A stretch of DNA of 62,675 nucleotides, counting the filler, from a bacterium (GTDB lineage Bacteria; UBP18; UBA7526), in assembly GCA_030615855.1 (NCBI GenBank). It is 5 parts of 5 records of this genome, joined end to end, with 100 filler letters (N's around TTAATTAATTAA, not from the genome) between each part and the next. Parts side by side here need not be neighbours in the genome. Positions count along the whole stretch, not along the records: positions 1 to 9,694 come from JAUWYL010000032.1; positions 9,795 to 39,435 come from JAUWYL010000017.1; 3 more parts are not named here. One strand, given 5' to 3'. The notes beneath the pieces were generated by a model, which was not told where the DNA came from, did no database searches, and worked only from the letters and a program-made list of their open reading frames with translations. Both the position numbers and the translations under genes were made by a program. This document shows positions 1 through 10,289 of the stretch, piece after piece. How positions within the stretch are numbered: the first letter of the stretch is position 1; the number at the start of each line of letters is the position of its first letter.

Positions 1-952
1 TCACATCCTCTACCATCTGTCCCAGATTCATCTCTACAGTAAGATACCCTTTTATCCTCGAGGCATTCTCTAAAATGATCCCTTTAGGGAAAGGGAAGAG
101 GGTGATAGGTCTTATGAGCCCCACTTTTAATCCCTCTTTCCTTGCCCGATGCATGGCCTCCTTGCATATTCTGGCTGGCGTCCCGAAGGCCACCAGGATT
201 ACCTGAGCATCTTCTATTCCTATAGCCTCATATCTTATCTCTTTCTCCATCTCTTGATACTTCTTAGATAGTTTCTCATTATGCCTTTCTAGCACCCCTT
301 CTCCTAAGCGAAGGGACTTTATACTCCTTGGCTCTCTTCCCTGGCATCCATCCAGTATCCAATCTTTTTTAGGAAGTTTACGGTTCACGGTTAACGGTTC
401 ACGGTTAACGGTCTGCATGGGTTCCATCATCTGGCCCAGAACTCCATCCCCTAAGATAATGACCGGATTTCTATATCTATCCGCTAAATCAAAGGCCTCT
501 TTCGCTAGATGAAACATCTCCTGAACAGAATGGGGAGCCAAAACAAGGGTGCGATAGTCCCCATGCCCTCCCCCTCTTGTTGCCTGGAAGTAGTCTCCCT
601 GGGCCCCGGAGATATTCCCCAGTCCCGGGCCTCCCCTCTGGATATTGACTATGACACAGGGGAGCTCTGCTCCTGCCATATAGGAGATCCCTTCCTGCAT
701 CAAACTTATTCCAGGAGAAGAGGAAGAGGTCATGGCCCTTGCCCCAGTTAAAGAAGCGCCGTAGAGCATGCTGATGGCTGCCAATTCCGATTCTGACTGG
801 ATGAAGATTCCCCCTACCTGGGGCATCTTTTCTGCCATATAAGCAGTCAGCTCATTCTGGGGAGTGATGGGATAACCAGCGTAGAAGCGACATCCTGCAG
901 AAATCGCTCCTTCGCCAATGGCCTCATTCCCCCTCATCAGTCTCTTAGTCAT
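1..952 (-). CDS. vorB: 2-oxoacid:ferredoxin oxidoreductase alpha subunit (VorB/PorA-like), 3' end runs off the window
   Basis: Manual translation from ATG 952: MTKRLMRGNEAIGEGAISAGCRFYAGYPITPQNEL...QSESELAAISMLYGASLTGARAMTSSSSPG...QRGGPGLG. Absent from the ORF track because there is no stop in the window. Confidence 0.9.
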   Translation of the reverse strand, partial: MTKRLMRGNEAIGEGAISAGCRFYAGYPITPQNELTAYMAEKMPQVGGIFIQSESELAAISMLYGASLTGARAMTSSSSPGISLMQEGISYMAGAELPCVIVNIQRGGPGLGNISGAQGDYFQATRGGGHGDYRTLVLAPHSVQEMFHLAKEAFDLADRYRNPVIILGDGVLGQMMEPMQTVNREPLTVNRKLPKKDWILDGCQGREPRSIKSLRLGEGVLERHNEKLSKKYQEMEKEIRYEAIGIEDAQVILVAFGTPARICKEAMHRARKEGLKVGLIRPITLFPFPKGIILENASRIKGYLTVEMNLGQMVEDV

Positions 953-991
953 CTATGCCTCTTTCTAGTATAAGTTGATAGGTTAATGAAC

Positions 992-1072
992 GTTTACGAT
1001 TGAGCGGTGCATTTTACTTGCCCCGCTGATGAATAACTATTATTCAATTTGCCCGCCCTTCGGGCTGTTTAC
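992..1072 (-). repeat. 81-bp three-hairpin dispersed element, copy 1
   Basis: Near-identical to 32160-32240 (+) and 49099-49179 (-). Confidence 0.9.
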
Positions 1073-1120
1073 CGTTTACCGTAAACCGTTAACCGTAAAC
1101 CCTTGCTAATTTGTTAACTC

Positions 1121-1324
1121 TTACTTATAGACCTCAATGGCGACATCGGGACAGATTAGATAACAGAGTCCACAGGCAGTACATTCCCCTTCTCTTGCTT
1201 GCTCTGCTGGATGATATCCTTTACTATTCAATCTCTGGGACATGGTAATCAAGTTCGTGGGGCAAACTGGGATGCAGAGCCCGCATCCCTTGCATCTCTC
1301 CTCATCGATTACTATCTTAGCCAC
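1121..1324 (-). CDS. 2x[4Fe-4S] ferredoxin (delta subunit of 2-oxoacid oxidoreductase)
   Basis: Two CxxCxxCxxxCP motifs; directly upstream of the alpha subunit. Confidence 0.9.
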   Translation of the reverse strand: MAKIVIDEERCKGCGLCIPVCPTNLITMSQRLNSKGYHPAEQAREGECTACGLCYLICPDVAIEVYK

Positions 1325-1416
1325 TCAAATCTCCTGTAAGGTGATATGAAGTAAAAAGTAGCAAGTAAGAATTAAAAAGGCAAACCATTTTAAATTTTAC
1401 ATTTTGCATTTTGCAT

Positions 1417-2280
1417 TTATGAGGTGGTTCCTCCCCATTTTAATTTCTTCCTCAATATCTGATAGTAGCTCTTCTTTCTGGGAACGATGAGCCTCACCTT
1501 AAAGGGGGCCTTCCTTATCTGGATAACATCCCTCTCCCTTAATTTGATCACCTCCTGGCCATCTAAGGTGAGAGCAACGTCTGGATGGGGAGAGGCGATC
1601 CTTATCCTGATCTCCTCTTCTCCAGAGACGATGAGAGGACGGTTGCTCAAGGTATGGGGGCAGATGGGGGTGAGGATGATGGCTGGAATGCCCGGATGTA
1701 CGATGGGTCCTCCAGCAGAGAGGGAATGAGCAGTAGAGCCGGTAGGGGTGGAAATAATGAGTCCATCCGCAGCATAGGTTGTAAGATACTCTTTCCCAAT
1801 GAAGGCATCCAATCTGATTAGTCGGGAAAGAACCCCCTTGGTAATCACGCAATCGTTCAGGGCTAAGGAAGAGGTTATCCTCTTTTTCCCTCGATAGAGG
1901 GTGGCCTCAAGACCCATCCTCTCCTCCAATCGATACCTGCCCGCCAGGACATTATTCAGTGTCCCATAGAGTTCGCCTAAGGTAACCTCAGTCAGAAAAC
2001 CCAGTCCTCCCAGGTTCACTCCTAGAATGGGAACCTCTCTTCCTTTAAGCATCCTTACTGCTCTCAGAAGGGTTCCATCCCCACCTAAGGCAATGATCAG
2101 ATGGCATCTGGCATATGCTCTATTATCCCTTACCCCCAGTCTGGAACGTTTAATTAATCTGGCGCTCGCTTCATCAAGGACGATTGACTTCCTTTTCCTG
2201 CTTAGATAACTGACCAGCTTTTTAAGGGTCTCTTTTGCTTTGGGTTTTTGGGGGTTGGCGATTATTCCAATTCTCTCCAT
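1417..2280 (-). CDS. nadK: NAD kinase
   Basis: GGDGT, GVNLGGLGFL, ND and DGLIISTPTGSTAHSLSAGGP motifs. Confidence 0.95.
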   Translation of the reverse strand: MERIGIIANPQKPKAKETLKKLVSYLSRKRKSIVLDEASARLIKRSRLGVRDNRAYARCHLIIALGGDGTLLRAVRMLKGREVPILGVNLGGLGFLTEVTLGELYGTLNNVLAGRYRLEERMGLEATLYRGKKRITSSLALNDCVITKGVLSRLIRLDAFIGKEYLTTYAADGLIISTPTGSTAHSLSAGGPIVHPGIPAIILTPICPHTLSNRPLIVSGEEEIRIRIASPHPDVALTLDGQEVIKLRERDVIQIRKAPFKVRLIVPRKKSYYQILRKKLKWGGTTS

Positions 2281-3077
2281 TACTTCCCTCCGTGGGCGTA
2301 ATTGACCACTTCTTTTATTCTTTCTGGGATATTCTTTATTTCCTTTCCTTCTCTTGCCAGATAGACAAAATATTCTATATTTCCTGCCGGACCTCTTAGG
2401 GGTGAAGGGATTAACCCCCTTGTTTTAAGACCCTCCTCTTTCGCCTTATCCATAACCTTAAGAATTACCTCTCTGTGAACCCCGGGATCTCTTACCACCC
2501 CACCCCTCTTTACCTTTTCTCTCCCGGCTTCGAACTGGGGCTTGATAAGAGCAATCATCTCTCCCTTTGGGGTCAAGAGATTGCTGATTTCTTTTAAGAC
2601 CTTGGTCAAGGAGATGAAGGAGAGATCCAGGGTAACAAGGTCTACTTCTTCTTCTAATTCCTCTCTTTTTAAATAACGAATATTTCTTCTCTCCAGCACT
2701 ACTACCCGAGGATCCGTTCTCAATCTCCAGGCCAACTGGCCATAGCCAACATCGACCGCATAGACCTTCCTTGCTCCATGCTTCAAGAGACAGTCAGTGA
2801 ATCCTCCAGTAGAGGCTCCAGCATCCAGAGCAATCTTCCTCTGGCAATCGATCCCAAATTCTTTCAATGCTTTCTCTAGCTTCTCCCCCCCACGGCTGAC
2901 ATAGGGGCTTCTTTCTTTAACCTCTATCCCTGCCCCACTCTCCACCCTGGTTCCCGGCTTATCTATCCTCTTCCCCTCTAAGTAGACCTCTCCTGCCAGG
3001 ATGGCCCTTGTCGCCTTCTCTCTCGAAGAAAAGAGACCTCTTCTAAAGAGAAGTCTATCTAAGCGCTCTTTAACCAT
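2280..3077 (-). CDS. tlyA: TlyA family rRNA (cytidine-2'-O)-methyltransferase
   Basis: S4 domain, YVSRGGEKL, DAGASTGGFTDCLL and LIKPQFE; dxs-tlyA-nadK synteny. Confidence 0.95.
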   Translation of the reverse strand: MVKERLDRLLFRRGLFSSREKATRAILAGEVYLEGKRIDKPGTRVESGAGIEVKERSPYVSRGGEKLEKALKEFGIDCQRKIALDAGASTGGFTDCLLKHGARKVYAVDVGYGQLAWRLRTDPRVVVLERRNIRYLKREELEEEVDLVTLDLSFISLTKVLKEISNLLTPKGEMIALIKPQFEAGREKVKRGGVVRDPGVHREVILKVMDKAKEEGLKTRGLIPSPLRGPAGNIEYFVYLAREGKEIKNIPERIKEVVNYAHGGK

Positions 3078-4918
3078 CTTCTAATGGTCTTTAATATCCC
3101 CTGAGATGTCAGGCCATACTTGGAAAGCAGGATATGGCGCGGGCCATGCTCCAGGAATTTATCTGGAAGGCCGATGCATTTCACCTTAATATTGCCCAAG
3201 CCCTCTTCCTCTAAAAGCTCTAAGACCCTTGTTCCCACCCCTCCTTCCAGAATTCCTTCTTCAACAGTGACTATTTTACCACACTCTCTGGCTAAAGTAG
3301 TAATTATTTTTTTATCTAAAGGTTTTGCGAAGCGCAGATTAACTAGAGTAGCATCCAATTCTTCCGCCACTTCTAATGCCGGATAGACCGTAGAACCCAG
3401 AGCAAAGATGGCTAAACCTTCTCCTTTGCGCAAGACTTCAGCTTTGCCAATCCTTAAGGACTTTAAGCCCTTATCTAACCTTACTCCCCTTCCCTCGTCC
3501 TTGGGATAGCGTAAGGCTATAGGGCTATCATGTTTCAAGCCAGTATAGAGCATATGGCGAAGTTCATTCTCGTCCTTGGGAGCCATCAAGGCCAGATTTG
3601 GAATATGGGAAAGATAGGCGATATCGAATATCCCCTGGTGAGTCGCTCCATCCCCTTCCACAATACCTGCCCTATCGATGACAAAGAGAACCTTCAGGTT
3701 CTGTAAGGCGATGTCGTGGAGCACCTGATCATAGGCTCTCTGTAAAAAAGTAGAATAGATGGCAACCACTGGCCTGAAGCCCGAGACTGCCAAGCCAGCA
3801 GCAAAAGTAACTGCATGTTCCTCTGCAATCCCCACATCGAAGAACCTATCCGGGAACTCTTCCTTGAAGGCCTCCAGGCCTGTTCCCCCTCCCATGGCAG
3901 CGGTGATTCCGATTATCCTCTTATCTCTTCTGGCCAGTCTGAGTAAGGTCTCTCCAAAGACCTGGGTATAGGTTGGTTGCTTCTTTCTCTCCTTTAGTTT
4001 CCCTGTTTTAATGTCAAAGGGACCCAGTCCATGGAACTTGGCCGGATCTTCCTCTGCCAATCTAAATCCCTTGCCCTTCTTAGTAATGACATGAACCAGA
4101 ACCGGTCCCTCAATCTTCTTCACTCTCTCTAAGGTCTCGATGAGATGGGTTAAATTATGGCCATCCACTGGTCCAAAGTATCTGAAGCCCAGTTCCTCAA
4201 ACCAGATGCTGGGGATGAAGAGATTCTTCAGCCCTTCTTCAAGTCTCCGGGTAAACTTTAAGGCCCGGGGGCCGATGACCGGGGTCTTCTTCACCAGATA
4301 CTGAGTCCTTCTCCTCAACCTATTATATAAAGGGGTAGCCATAAGTTTATTTAAGTAAATTGATAGGGCGCCCACGTTCTTTGAGATGGACATCTCATTA
4401 TCGTTCAGGATAACCAGGAGGTTGGTTCCCAGGGCTCCTGCCTGATTCAGGGCCTCAAAGGCCATCCCTCCAGAGAGTGCGGCATCTCCAATAATAGCGG
4501 CTACGGTATAATCTTCATTCTTTAAGTCCCGGGCCTTGGCCATGCCCAGGGCGGCGGAGATGGAGGTTGAGGAGTGACCGGTTCCAAAGATATCATATCT
4601 ACTCTCTTCCCTTCTGGGAAATCCACTTAGTCCCTGGTATTGTCTGAGACTAGAAAATTTCTTTCTCCTACCAGTGAGGAGTTTATGGGCATATGTCTGG
4701 TGACCCACATCCCAGATGATCTTATCCTCTGGAGTATTGAGAACATAATGGAGGGCGATGGTCAGTTCCACCATACCTAAATTGGGAGCCAGATGGCCTC
4801 CGGTCTTCGATACCGTAGAGATAATCTCCTCCCTGATCTCAGAAGCAAGATGGGACAATTCCCCAATACTCAACCTCTTAAGATCCTTAGGACTATTAAT
4901 TTTGTCTAAGTAACGCAC
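3059..4918 (-). CDS. dxs: 1-deoxy-D-xylulose-5-phosphate synthase
   Basis: GGHLAPNLG, WDVGHQ, GHSSTSIS, DVGIAEEHA, YSTFLQRAYDQ and DRAG motifs. Confidence 0.97.
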   Translation of the reverse strand: MRYLDKINSPKDLKRLSIGELSHLASEIREEIISTVSKTGGHLAPNLGMVELTIALHYVLNTPEDKIIWDVGHQTYAHKLLTGRRKKFSSLRQYQGLSGFPRREESRYDIFGTGHSSTSISAALGMAKARDLKNEDYTVAAIIGDAALSGGMAFEALNQAGALGTNLLVILNDNEMSISKNVGALSIYLNKLMATPLYNRLRRRTQYLVKKTPVIGPRALKFTRRLEEGLKNLFIPSIWFEELGFRYFGPVDGHNLTHLIETLERVKKIEGPVLVHVITKKGKGFRLAEEDPAKFHGLGPFDIKTGKLKERKKQPTYTQVFGETLLRLARRDKRIIGITAAMGGGTGLEAFKEEFPDRFFDVGIAEEHAVTFAAGLAVSGFRPVVAIYSTFLQRAYDQVLHDIALQNLKVLFVIDRAGIVEGDGATHQGIFDIAYLSHIPNLALMAPKDENELRHMLYTGLKHDSPIALRYPKDEGRGVRLDKGLKSLRIGKAEVLRKGEGLAIFALGSTVYPALEVAEELDATLVNLRFAKPLDKKIITTLARECGKIVTVEEGILEGGVGTRVLELLEEEGLGNIKVKCIGLPDKFLEHGPRHILLSKYGLTSQGILKTIRRWLKSA

Positions 4919-4952
4919 CGATATATCTCCCTCTGCTCACCCGCCCACTTTC

Positions 4953-5798
4953 TCACTTTCTCACCTTCCTGCTTTCTGCTGCCTCAAAAACATTCTTAAG
5001 GAGCATAATAATGGTCATGGGACCCACCCCACCAGGAACGGGTGTGATATAGGAGGCTTTTTCTCTTACTTTCTCAAAATCAACATCCCCCACAATCTTA
5101 TTGCCTATTCTGTTTATTCCCACATCGATGACCACTGAGCCCTCCTTCACCATCCCTTCCTTGATGAACCCTGGCTTTCCCATGGCAACAACCAGGATAT
5201 CCCCCTCTTTAGTAATAGAGCCTAAGTCCTTTGTCTTGGAGTGGCAGATGGTAACCGTAGCATTCCTGGCAAGGAGTAAAAGGGCTAACGGTTTTCCTAC
5301 GATATCGCTTCTTCCCACAACCACCGCCCTCTTCCCCTCAAGGGGAATCTTATACCTATCCAGAAGTTCCATAATCCCCCTGGGAGTAGCGGGAACGAAG
5401 AAAGAAACCCCTTTTAATAACCTTCCCATATTCAGGGGATGGAAGCCATCCACATCTTTATCGGGAGAAATCCTCTCCAAGATTTTCTTTTCATCGAGAT
5501 GGCTGGGGAGGGGAAGTTGAAGGATAGTCCCATCTATTCTGGAATTACCGTTTAACTCTTCTATCAATTCTATTAATTCATCCTGCAAGGTACTCTCTTT
5601 TAGGGCGCGTTCCTCAAAATAGATTCCCACTTCTTCTGCTTTTTTCTTCTTATTCCGGACATAGATTAGGGAAGAGGGATTCTCCCCAACCCTTATGACC
5701 GCCAGCCCAGGAGTAATTCCTTCTTCCTTTACTTTTAGAGAGAGTTCTTTTTGGATTTCTTGGGCAATCTTCTTTCCATCTAGAATTATGGTGACCAT
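4953..5798 (-). CDS. folD: Methylenetetrahydrofolate dehydrogenase/cyclohydrolase
   Basis: KDVDGFHP, GRSDIVGKP and TPVPGGVGPMT motifs. Confidence 0.96.
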   Translation of the reverse strand: MVTIILDGKKIAQEIQKELSLKVKEEGITPGLAVIRVGENPSSLIYVRNKKKKAEEVGIYFEERALKESTLQDELIELIEELNGNSRIDGTILQLPLPSHLDEKKILERISPDKDVDGFHPLNMGRLLKGVSFFVPATPRGIMELLDRYKIPLEGKRAVVVGRSDIVGKPLALLLLARNATVTICHSKTKDLGSITKEGDILVVAMGKPGFIKEGMVKEGSVVIDVGINRIGNKIVGDVDFEKVREKASYITPVPGGVGPMTIIMLLKNVFEAAESRKVRK

Positions 5799-6571
5799 CT
5801 CTCTTGAATCCTTTCTATCTTTTTTGCTCTTCCTGTCTCAGAATCTATGTTAATTACTACCCCCTGAAGATAGATATTCTCCTTCTCAACCTCAAACCTA
5901 ATCGGTAACTGGGATAGAAACCTCTTTAAAGCCAGTTCCTTCTTTACTCCAATCACAGAGTCTAAGGAGCCCACCATTCCAACATCTGTAATATAGGCCG
6001 TCCCTTTAGACAGGATCCTCTCATCTGCTGTCGGGATATGGGTATGGGTTCCCACCATAGCCGACACCCGGCCATCGAGATACCAGCCCATAGCGGTCTT
6101 TTCACTGGTGATCTCAGCATGCATATCAACGACGATGATCTTTGTTTCCTGGGATAGCTTTTCAATCTCTTCATCTGCCTTTCTGAAGGGACAGTCCAGC
6201 TCTGCCAGGAAGACTCTCCCCATAAGGTTTAGAACCCCAACTTTATCACCTTTTTCTGTGGAGAAGATACAGGAACCCTTTCCGGGAACCTTTGGGGGAT
6301 AGTTTGCTGGCCTTAAGAAGTAAGGGTCCTTATCCAGGGTTCCATAGATCTCCTTATATTTCCAGACGTGATTCCCACTGGTAATAACATCTATCCCACT
6401 AGAATATAGTTCTTCAACGATCTTGGGGGTAATCCCCATCCCCCCAGCAGCGTTCTCTCCATTGGCGATCACCAGATCGAGTTTATGCTTTCTCTTCAAC
6501 TTGGGAAGGAGATCAGCAACTGCTTTTCTCCCCGGACTTCCGATAATATCACCAATGACTAAGATGTTCAC
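5786..6571 (-). CDS. ymdB: YmdB/TIGR00282 family metallophosphoesterase
   Basis: GDIIG, NGEN, GNH, DMHAE and GTHTH motifs; follows rny. Confidence 0.93.
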   Translation of the reverse strand: MNILVIGDIIGSPGRKAVADLLPKLKRKHKLDLVIANGENAAGGMGITPKIVEELYSSGIDVITSGNHVWKYKEIYGTLDKDPYFLRPANYPPKVPGKGSCIFSTEKGDKVGVLNLMGRVFLAELDCPFRKADEEIEKLSQETKIIVVDMHAEITSEKTAMGWYLDGRVSAMVGTHTHIPTADERILSKGTAYITDVGMVGSLDSVIGVKKELALKRFLSQLPIRFEVEKENIYLQGVVINIDSETGRAKKIERIQERWSP

Positions 6572-6609
6572 CTTCTCACCTGCTCACTTTCTCACTTTCC
6601 TACTCTTTA

Positions 6610-8184
6610 CTACTTCGCGTATTCTATGACCCTCCTCTCCCGAATGACGGTCACTTTTATCTGTCCCGGGTATTCCAGTTCCTTCTCAATTTTCTTACTT
6701 ATATCTCTTGCTAACTGGGCCGCCTGGGCATCGTCAACCTTCTCTACCTCCACCATAATCCTTATCTCTCTTCCTGCCTGAATAGCATAGGACTTCTGGA
6801 TCCCGGGAAAGGAGTCAGCGATATCCTCTAATCTCTCCAGCCTCTTGACATAGCTTTCCAGGGTCTCCCTTCTCATCCCCGGTCGGGAGGCAGAGATGGC
6901 ATCTGCTGCTAGAACCAAGACCGCTTCCACGCTCTTGGGTTCCACTTCCTCATGATGACTAACGATGGCTTGGATGACTCCCGGGGATTCCCGGTATCTT
7001 CTCGCCAGGTCGGCTCCAATCCGGGCATGGGTACCCTCTACCTCATGGTCCACCGCCTTCCCTATGTCATGGAGTAATCCCGCCCTCTTGGCCACCTTGC
7101 CCTGGGCTCCCAGTTCTGCGGCCATCATCCCGGCAAGATGGGCCACCTCCTTGGAATGCTCCAGGACATTCTGACCATAACTCGTCCGATACTTCAGCCT
7201 CCCTAGGAGCTTAAGCTCCTCTGGATGAAGGTTGGAAACCCCGACCTCAAGAGCCGTCTCTTGCCCCACTTTTCTTATGGTGGTCTCCATCTCCCTCTTC
7301 GCTCTGCCCACCATCTCCTCAATCCTGGCGGGCTGAATTCTGCCATCAGCGATTAGCCTTTTTAAGGCGATCTTGGCGATCTCCCTCCTCACGGGGTCGA
7401 AACTAGAGAGCACTACCGCTTCTGGGGTATCATCAACGATTAAGTCAACCCCGGTGGCGGCCTCAAAGGCCCTGATGTTCCTTCCCTCCCGACCAATGAT
7501 CCTTCCCTTCATCTCATCTGAAGGAAGGGAGACGGTAGAGACTGTGGTCTCTGTGGTATACTCTGGAGCGCACCTCTGAATGGCGGTAGAGATAATCTCC
7601 CTCGCTTTCCTATCCGCTTCCTCCCTTGCTTTATCCAAAGCGGTCTTAATCACCATTGCTTGCTCCTGAGTCATCTCTCTCTTTAGATTAGCAAGGAGCA
7701 TTCCCTTTGCTTCTTCCCTGGTTAGTCCGGATAGTCTCTCCAGGTTCTTTCTCTCTTCCTCCATAGTAGCCTTCAGGCTCTCCTCCTTTAAAGTAAGGGA
7801 CTTCTCCCTTGCCAGGATTTGATTAACCTTGAAGTTGAGATCCTTCTCCTTCTTCTCCAGTAGGTCAACCTTGCGGTTTAGTTCTTCCTCTTTTCTGGAG
7901 AGTTCTCGAGAAAGTCTTTCTATCTCCTGGCGTCTGGTTTTAGTTCTTTTCTCAAACTCTACCTCCTGCTTATGAGAGATATCTTTTGTTTCCAGGAGGG
8001 CCTCTCTTCTTTTGGCCTCTGCTTCCCTTTTGGCTTCCTCTAAAATTTTCTCTGCTTCTTTTTTGGCTGCTCCCAGGCGTATCCGGGTGATCTTCTGCCC
8101 GACTAAAAATCCTACCAGGAGGACACCTACTAGGCAGAGGAATAAGGCAATGGCAGGACCAAAAATCTCCCAATTAATGATCAT
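6610..8184 (-). CDS. rny: Ribonuclease Y
   Basis: N-terminal TM helix, coiled coil, KH domain ([12 protein letters not shown]) and HD domain (LLHDIGK). Confidence 0.97.
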   Translation of the reverse strand: MIINWEIFGPAIALFLCLVGVLLVGFLVGQKITRIRLGAAKKEAEKILEEAKREAEAKRREALLETKDISHKQEVEFEKRTKTRRQEIERLSRELSRKEEELNRKVDLLEKKEKDLNFKVNQILAREKSLTLKEESLKATMEEERKNLERLSGLTREEAKGMLLANLKREMTQEQAMVIKTALDKAREEADRKAREIISTAIQRCAPEYTTETTVSTVSLPSDEMKGRIIGREGRNIRAFEAATGVDLIVDDTPEAVVLSSFDPVRREIAKIALKRLIADGRIQPARIEEMVGRAKREMETTIRKVGQETALEVGVSNLHPEELKLLGRLKYRTSYGQNVLEHSKEVAHLAGMMAAELGAQGKVAKRAGLLHDIGKAVDHEVEGTHARIGADLARRYRESPGVIQAIVSHHEEVEPKSVEAVLVLAADAISASRPGMRRETLESYVKRLERLEDIADSFPGIQKSYAIQAGREIRIMVEVEKVDDAQAAQLARDISKKIEKELEYPGQIKVTVIRERRVIEYAK

Positions 8185-8213
8185 CTATCTCCTCCTTTTC
8201 ATCACAGATTCAC

Positions 8214-8260
8214 CCCGCACCTTTGCCTTTTTGAGAAACGATTTCTAAAAAGGTGCGGGG
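8214..8260. mobile_element. Miniature inverted-repeat element CCCGCACCTTT...AAAGGTGCGGGG flanked by TTCAC direct repeats
   Basis: TTCAC at 8209-8213 and 8261-8265. Confidence 0.65.
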
Positions 8261-8360
8261 TTCACACAGATTGATTACAGATTTCCGCAGATCACAGATA
8301 ATGAAAATAATTAATTATAATTCGCGTAGATTCGCGTCTTGATTATCTTTCGTTTCTGCT

Positions 8361-8933
8361 TTACAGTTCGCGTAGATTCGCGTCAATGATTCGCGTCTCT
8401 GTTATCACCTTCGAAACCCTTCTATCGTGTTTCTTGCCAGAAATATTTTTTACCACCTGAAAGTTATAGGCCAGCCCAATCAATGGGATTCTTTTGGGGA
8501 TTTTTCTTAAGAAGCGATCGTAGTATCCCAGCCCATATCCTACCCTTCTCCCTTTTAGGTCAAAGGCAATCCCCGGAAGGATGACCAGATCGATCCCTTT
8601 GGGTGTTGCCTTCTTAGAGGCTTCTTTAGGCTCCAGGATGCCAAAGCTTCCCTTTTCTACATCCTTCTCCAGGTCTTTAATCTCACCCAGGTAGATCTCC
8701 CTTCTCCTTACCCTGGGAAGGAGGACTCTCTTTCCTTTCCTGAGGGCCTCCTCCATCATCTCTTTTGTCTTTACCTCGCTCCCTTTTGAGTAGTAGAAGA
8801 GGATGGTATGGGCCTCTTTAAACTCCTTCAGAGAGAAGAGCCTCTTCTTTATTCTGTGGCTCTTCTTCTTTCTTAGATCTTCTGGTTCTTTATCTCTTCT
8901 TGTTAATATCCTCTTTCGCAGGCTTTCCTTCAT
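8361..8933 (-). CDS. ygfA: 5-formyltetrahydrofolate cyclo-ligase
   Basis: K.SLRK N-terminus and DLVILPGIAFD..GRRVGYGLGYYDRFL. Confidence 0.93.
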   Translation of the reverse strand: MKESLRKRILTRRDKEPEDLRKKKSHRIKKRLFSLKEFKEAHTILFYYSKGSEVKTKEMMEEALRKGKRVLLPRVRRREIYLGEIKDLEKDVEKGSFGILEPKEASKKATPKGIDLVILPGIAFDLKGRRVGYGLGYYDRFLRKIPKRIPLIGLAYNFQVVKNISGKKHDRRVSKVITETRIIDANLREL

Positions 8934-9694
8934 CCCGCACCTTTTTTTGTATCCATCTTCTGCTCCTGCCCAAAGGTGCGGGGTTCATCTTCAACAATTC
9001 CTTCCCATTCTTCTAATCTCTTCTTTATTCTCGCCTCATAGCCATGTTCCGTGGGCCAATAATATCTTACTTTCTTGGGAAGATATTTTTGCTTGACATA
9101 CCCTCCCTTATATTCATGAGCATACTTATATCCCTTTCCATAACCCAACTTCTTCGCTCCTTCATAATGGGCGTTCTTGAGATGTTTGGGCACTAAAAGG
9201 GTTCTTTTCTCCTCAATATCCTTCAGGGCCTTCTCGATGCCCAGGTAGCTGGCATTCGATTTGGGGGCCGTGGCTATATAGATCGCTGCCTGAGCTAAGG
9301 GGATCCTGGCCTCTGGTAGACCGATAGATTCTGCCGCCCCTAAGGCCGCCTGGGCTAAGACTAAAGCCTGGGGATCGGCATTCCCCACATCCTCACTGGC
9401 ACAGATAACAATCCTTCTTGCGATGAACCTTGGATCCTCTCCGGCAGAGATCATCTTGGCCAGCCAGTATAATGTAGCATCTGGATCAGAGCCCCTCATA
9501 CTCTTAATGAAGGCCGATATGGTATCGTAGTGCTCGTCCTCGCCCCTATCATACCTCAGGGCCTTCTTCTGAATGGACTCCTGGGCCACCTCAAGATTGA
9601 AATCGATTATTCCTTCCTTATCTGGTTTAGTAGTCATGACCCCCAGTTCCAAGGCGTTCAAGGCTTTTCGGGCATCCCCATCACAATAGGTGGC
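8930..9694 (-). CDS. rarA: Replication-associated recombination protein A (MgsA/RarA), 5' truncated by contig end
   Basis: GDARKALNALE, HYDTISAFIKSMRGSDPDA, ASEDVGNADP and APKSNASY motifs. Confidence 0.93.
   Translation of the reverse strand, partial: ATYCDGDARKALNALELGVMTTKPDKEGIIDFNLEVAQESIQKKALRYDRGEDEHYDTISAFIKSMRGSDPDATLYWLAKMISAGEDPRFIARRIVICASEDVGNADPQALVLAQAALGAAESIGLPEARIPLAQAAIYIATAPKSNASYLGIEKALKDIEEKRTLLVPKHLKNAHYEGAKKLGYGKGYKYAHEYKGGYVKQKYLPKKVRYYWPTEHGYEARIKKRLEEWEGIVEDEPRTFGQEQKMDTKKGAG
8934..8983. mobile_element. Miniature inverted-repeat element of the same family, flanked by TTCAT direct repeats
   Basis: TTCAT at 8929-8933 (includes the ygfA ATG) and 8984-8988. Confidence 0.65.
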
Positions 9695-9794
9695 NNNNNN
9701 NNNNNNNNNNNNNNNNNNNNNNNNNNNNNNNNNNNNNNTTAATTAATTAANNNNNNNNNNNNNNNNNNNNNNNNNNNNNNNNNNNNNNNNNNNN
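9695..9794. other. Artificial contig spacer (N44-TTAATTAATTAA-N44)
   Basis: Same 100-bp six-frame-stop linker occurs four times in the window. Confidence 0.98.
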
Positions 9795-10134
9795 TACCTC
9801 AGAGATGATCCCAGATGAGACAATTGAAGAGAGGGTTCGCACTCTATCCAAGAGGATATACTGGACATTTGGGAAAGAGACCGTAGGGGCTGCCTTCCAT
9901 TTCCTGGATTCAAAAGAGATAGATGGACTCATCTACATCATCTCTTTTGAATGCGGCCCAGACTCTTTGTTGAAAGAGATCGTTGATGATAAGGCGCGAA
10001 AGAATAAGAAAGTAGCCTATATGTCCTTAGTAATCGATGAGCACACTGGCGAGACAGGAATGGATACCAGACTCGATGCCTTTGTTGAAATGATCAAACG
10101 ACGGCGCAATAAAAAAGTTACTAACAGTTACTAA
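9795..10134 (+). CDS. C-terminal part of an acyl-CoA dehydratase activase-related / 2-hydroxyacyl-CoA dehydratase-like protein (DUF2229, PlsA/PlsR-like), 5' truncated
   Basis: SFECGPDS...SLVIDEHTGETGMDTRLDAFVEMI is typical of this family's C-terminus. Confidence 0.7.
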
Positions 10135-10279
10135 ACCCCGATACTGTCGGGGCAGGGGTTACTAACAGTTACGAACGGTTACCAATGATTACTATGAAAG
10201 CAACCGTTAGTAACCTCTAGTAACAGCGAAGCCCTGTTACCAGATGGTACAGGGCGAAGCGTAGTAACCAATAGTAACC
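10117..10279. repeat. GTTACTAAC / TAGTAAC palindromic array with nested hairpins
   Basis: Related array at 45871-45985. Confidence 0.85.
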
Positions 10280-10289
10280 GAGGTTTTCT

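Noticed and set aside
8185-8990. 6S RNA, often found upstream of ygfA
   Set aside because: ygfA overlaps rarA directly, leaving no room; the downstream spacer is repeat-filled.
9695-9794. TTAATTAATTAA palindrome within N runs (four copies)
   Set aside because: Artificial contig linker; gene adjacency across it has no biological meaning.
10117-10279. Possible CRISPR array in the periodic intergenic repeats
   Set aside because: Units are 7-10 bp and degenerate, with no constant repeat-unique spacer pattern and no cas genes.
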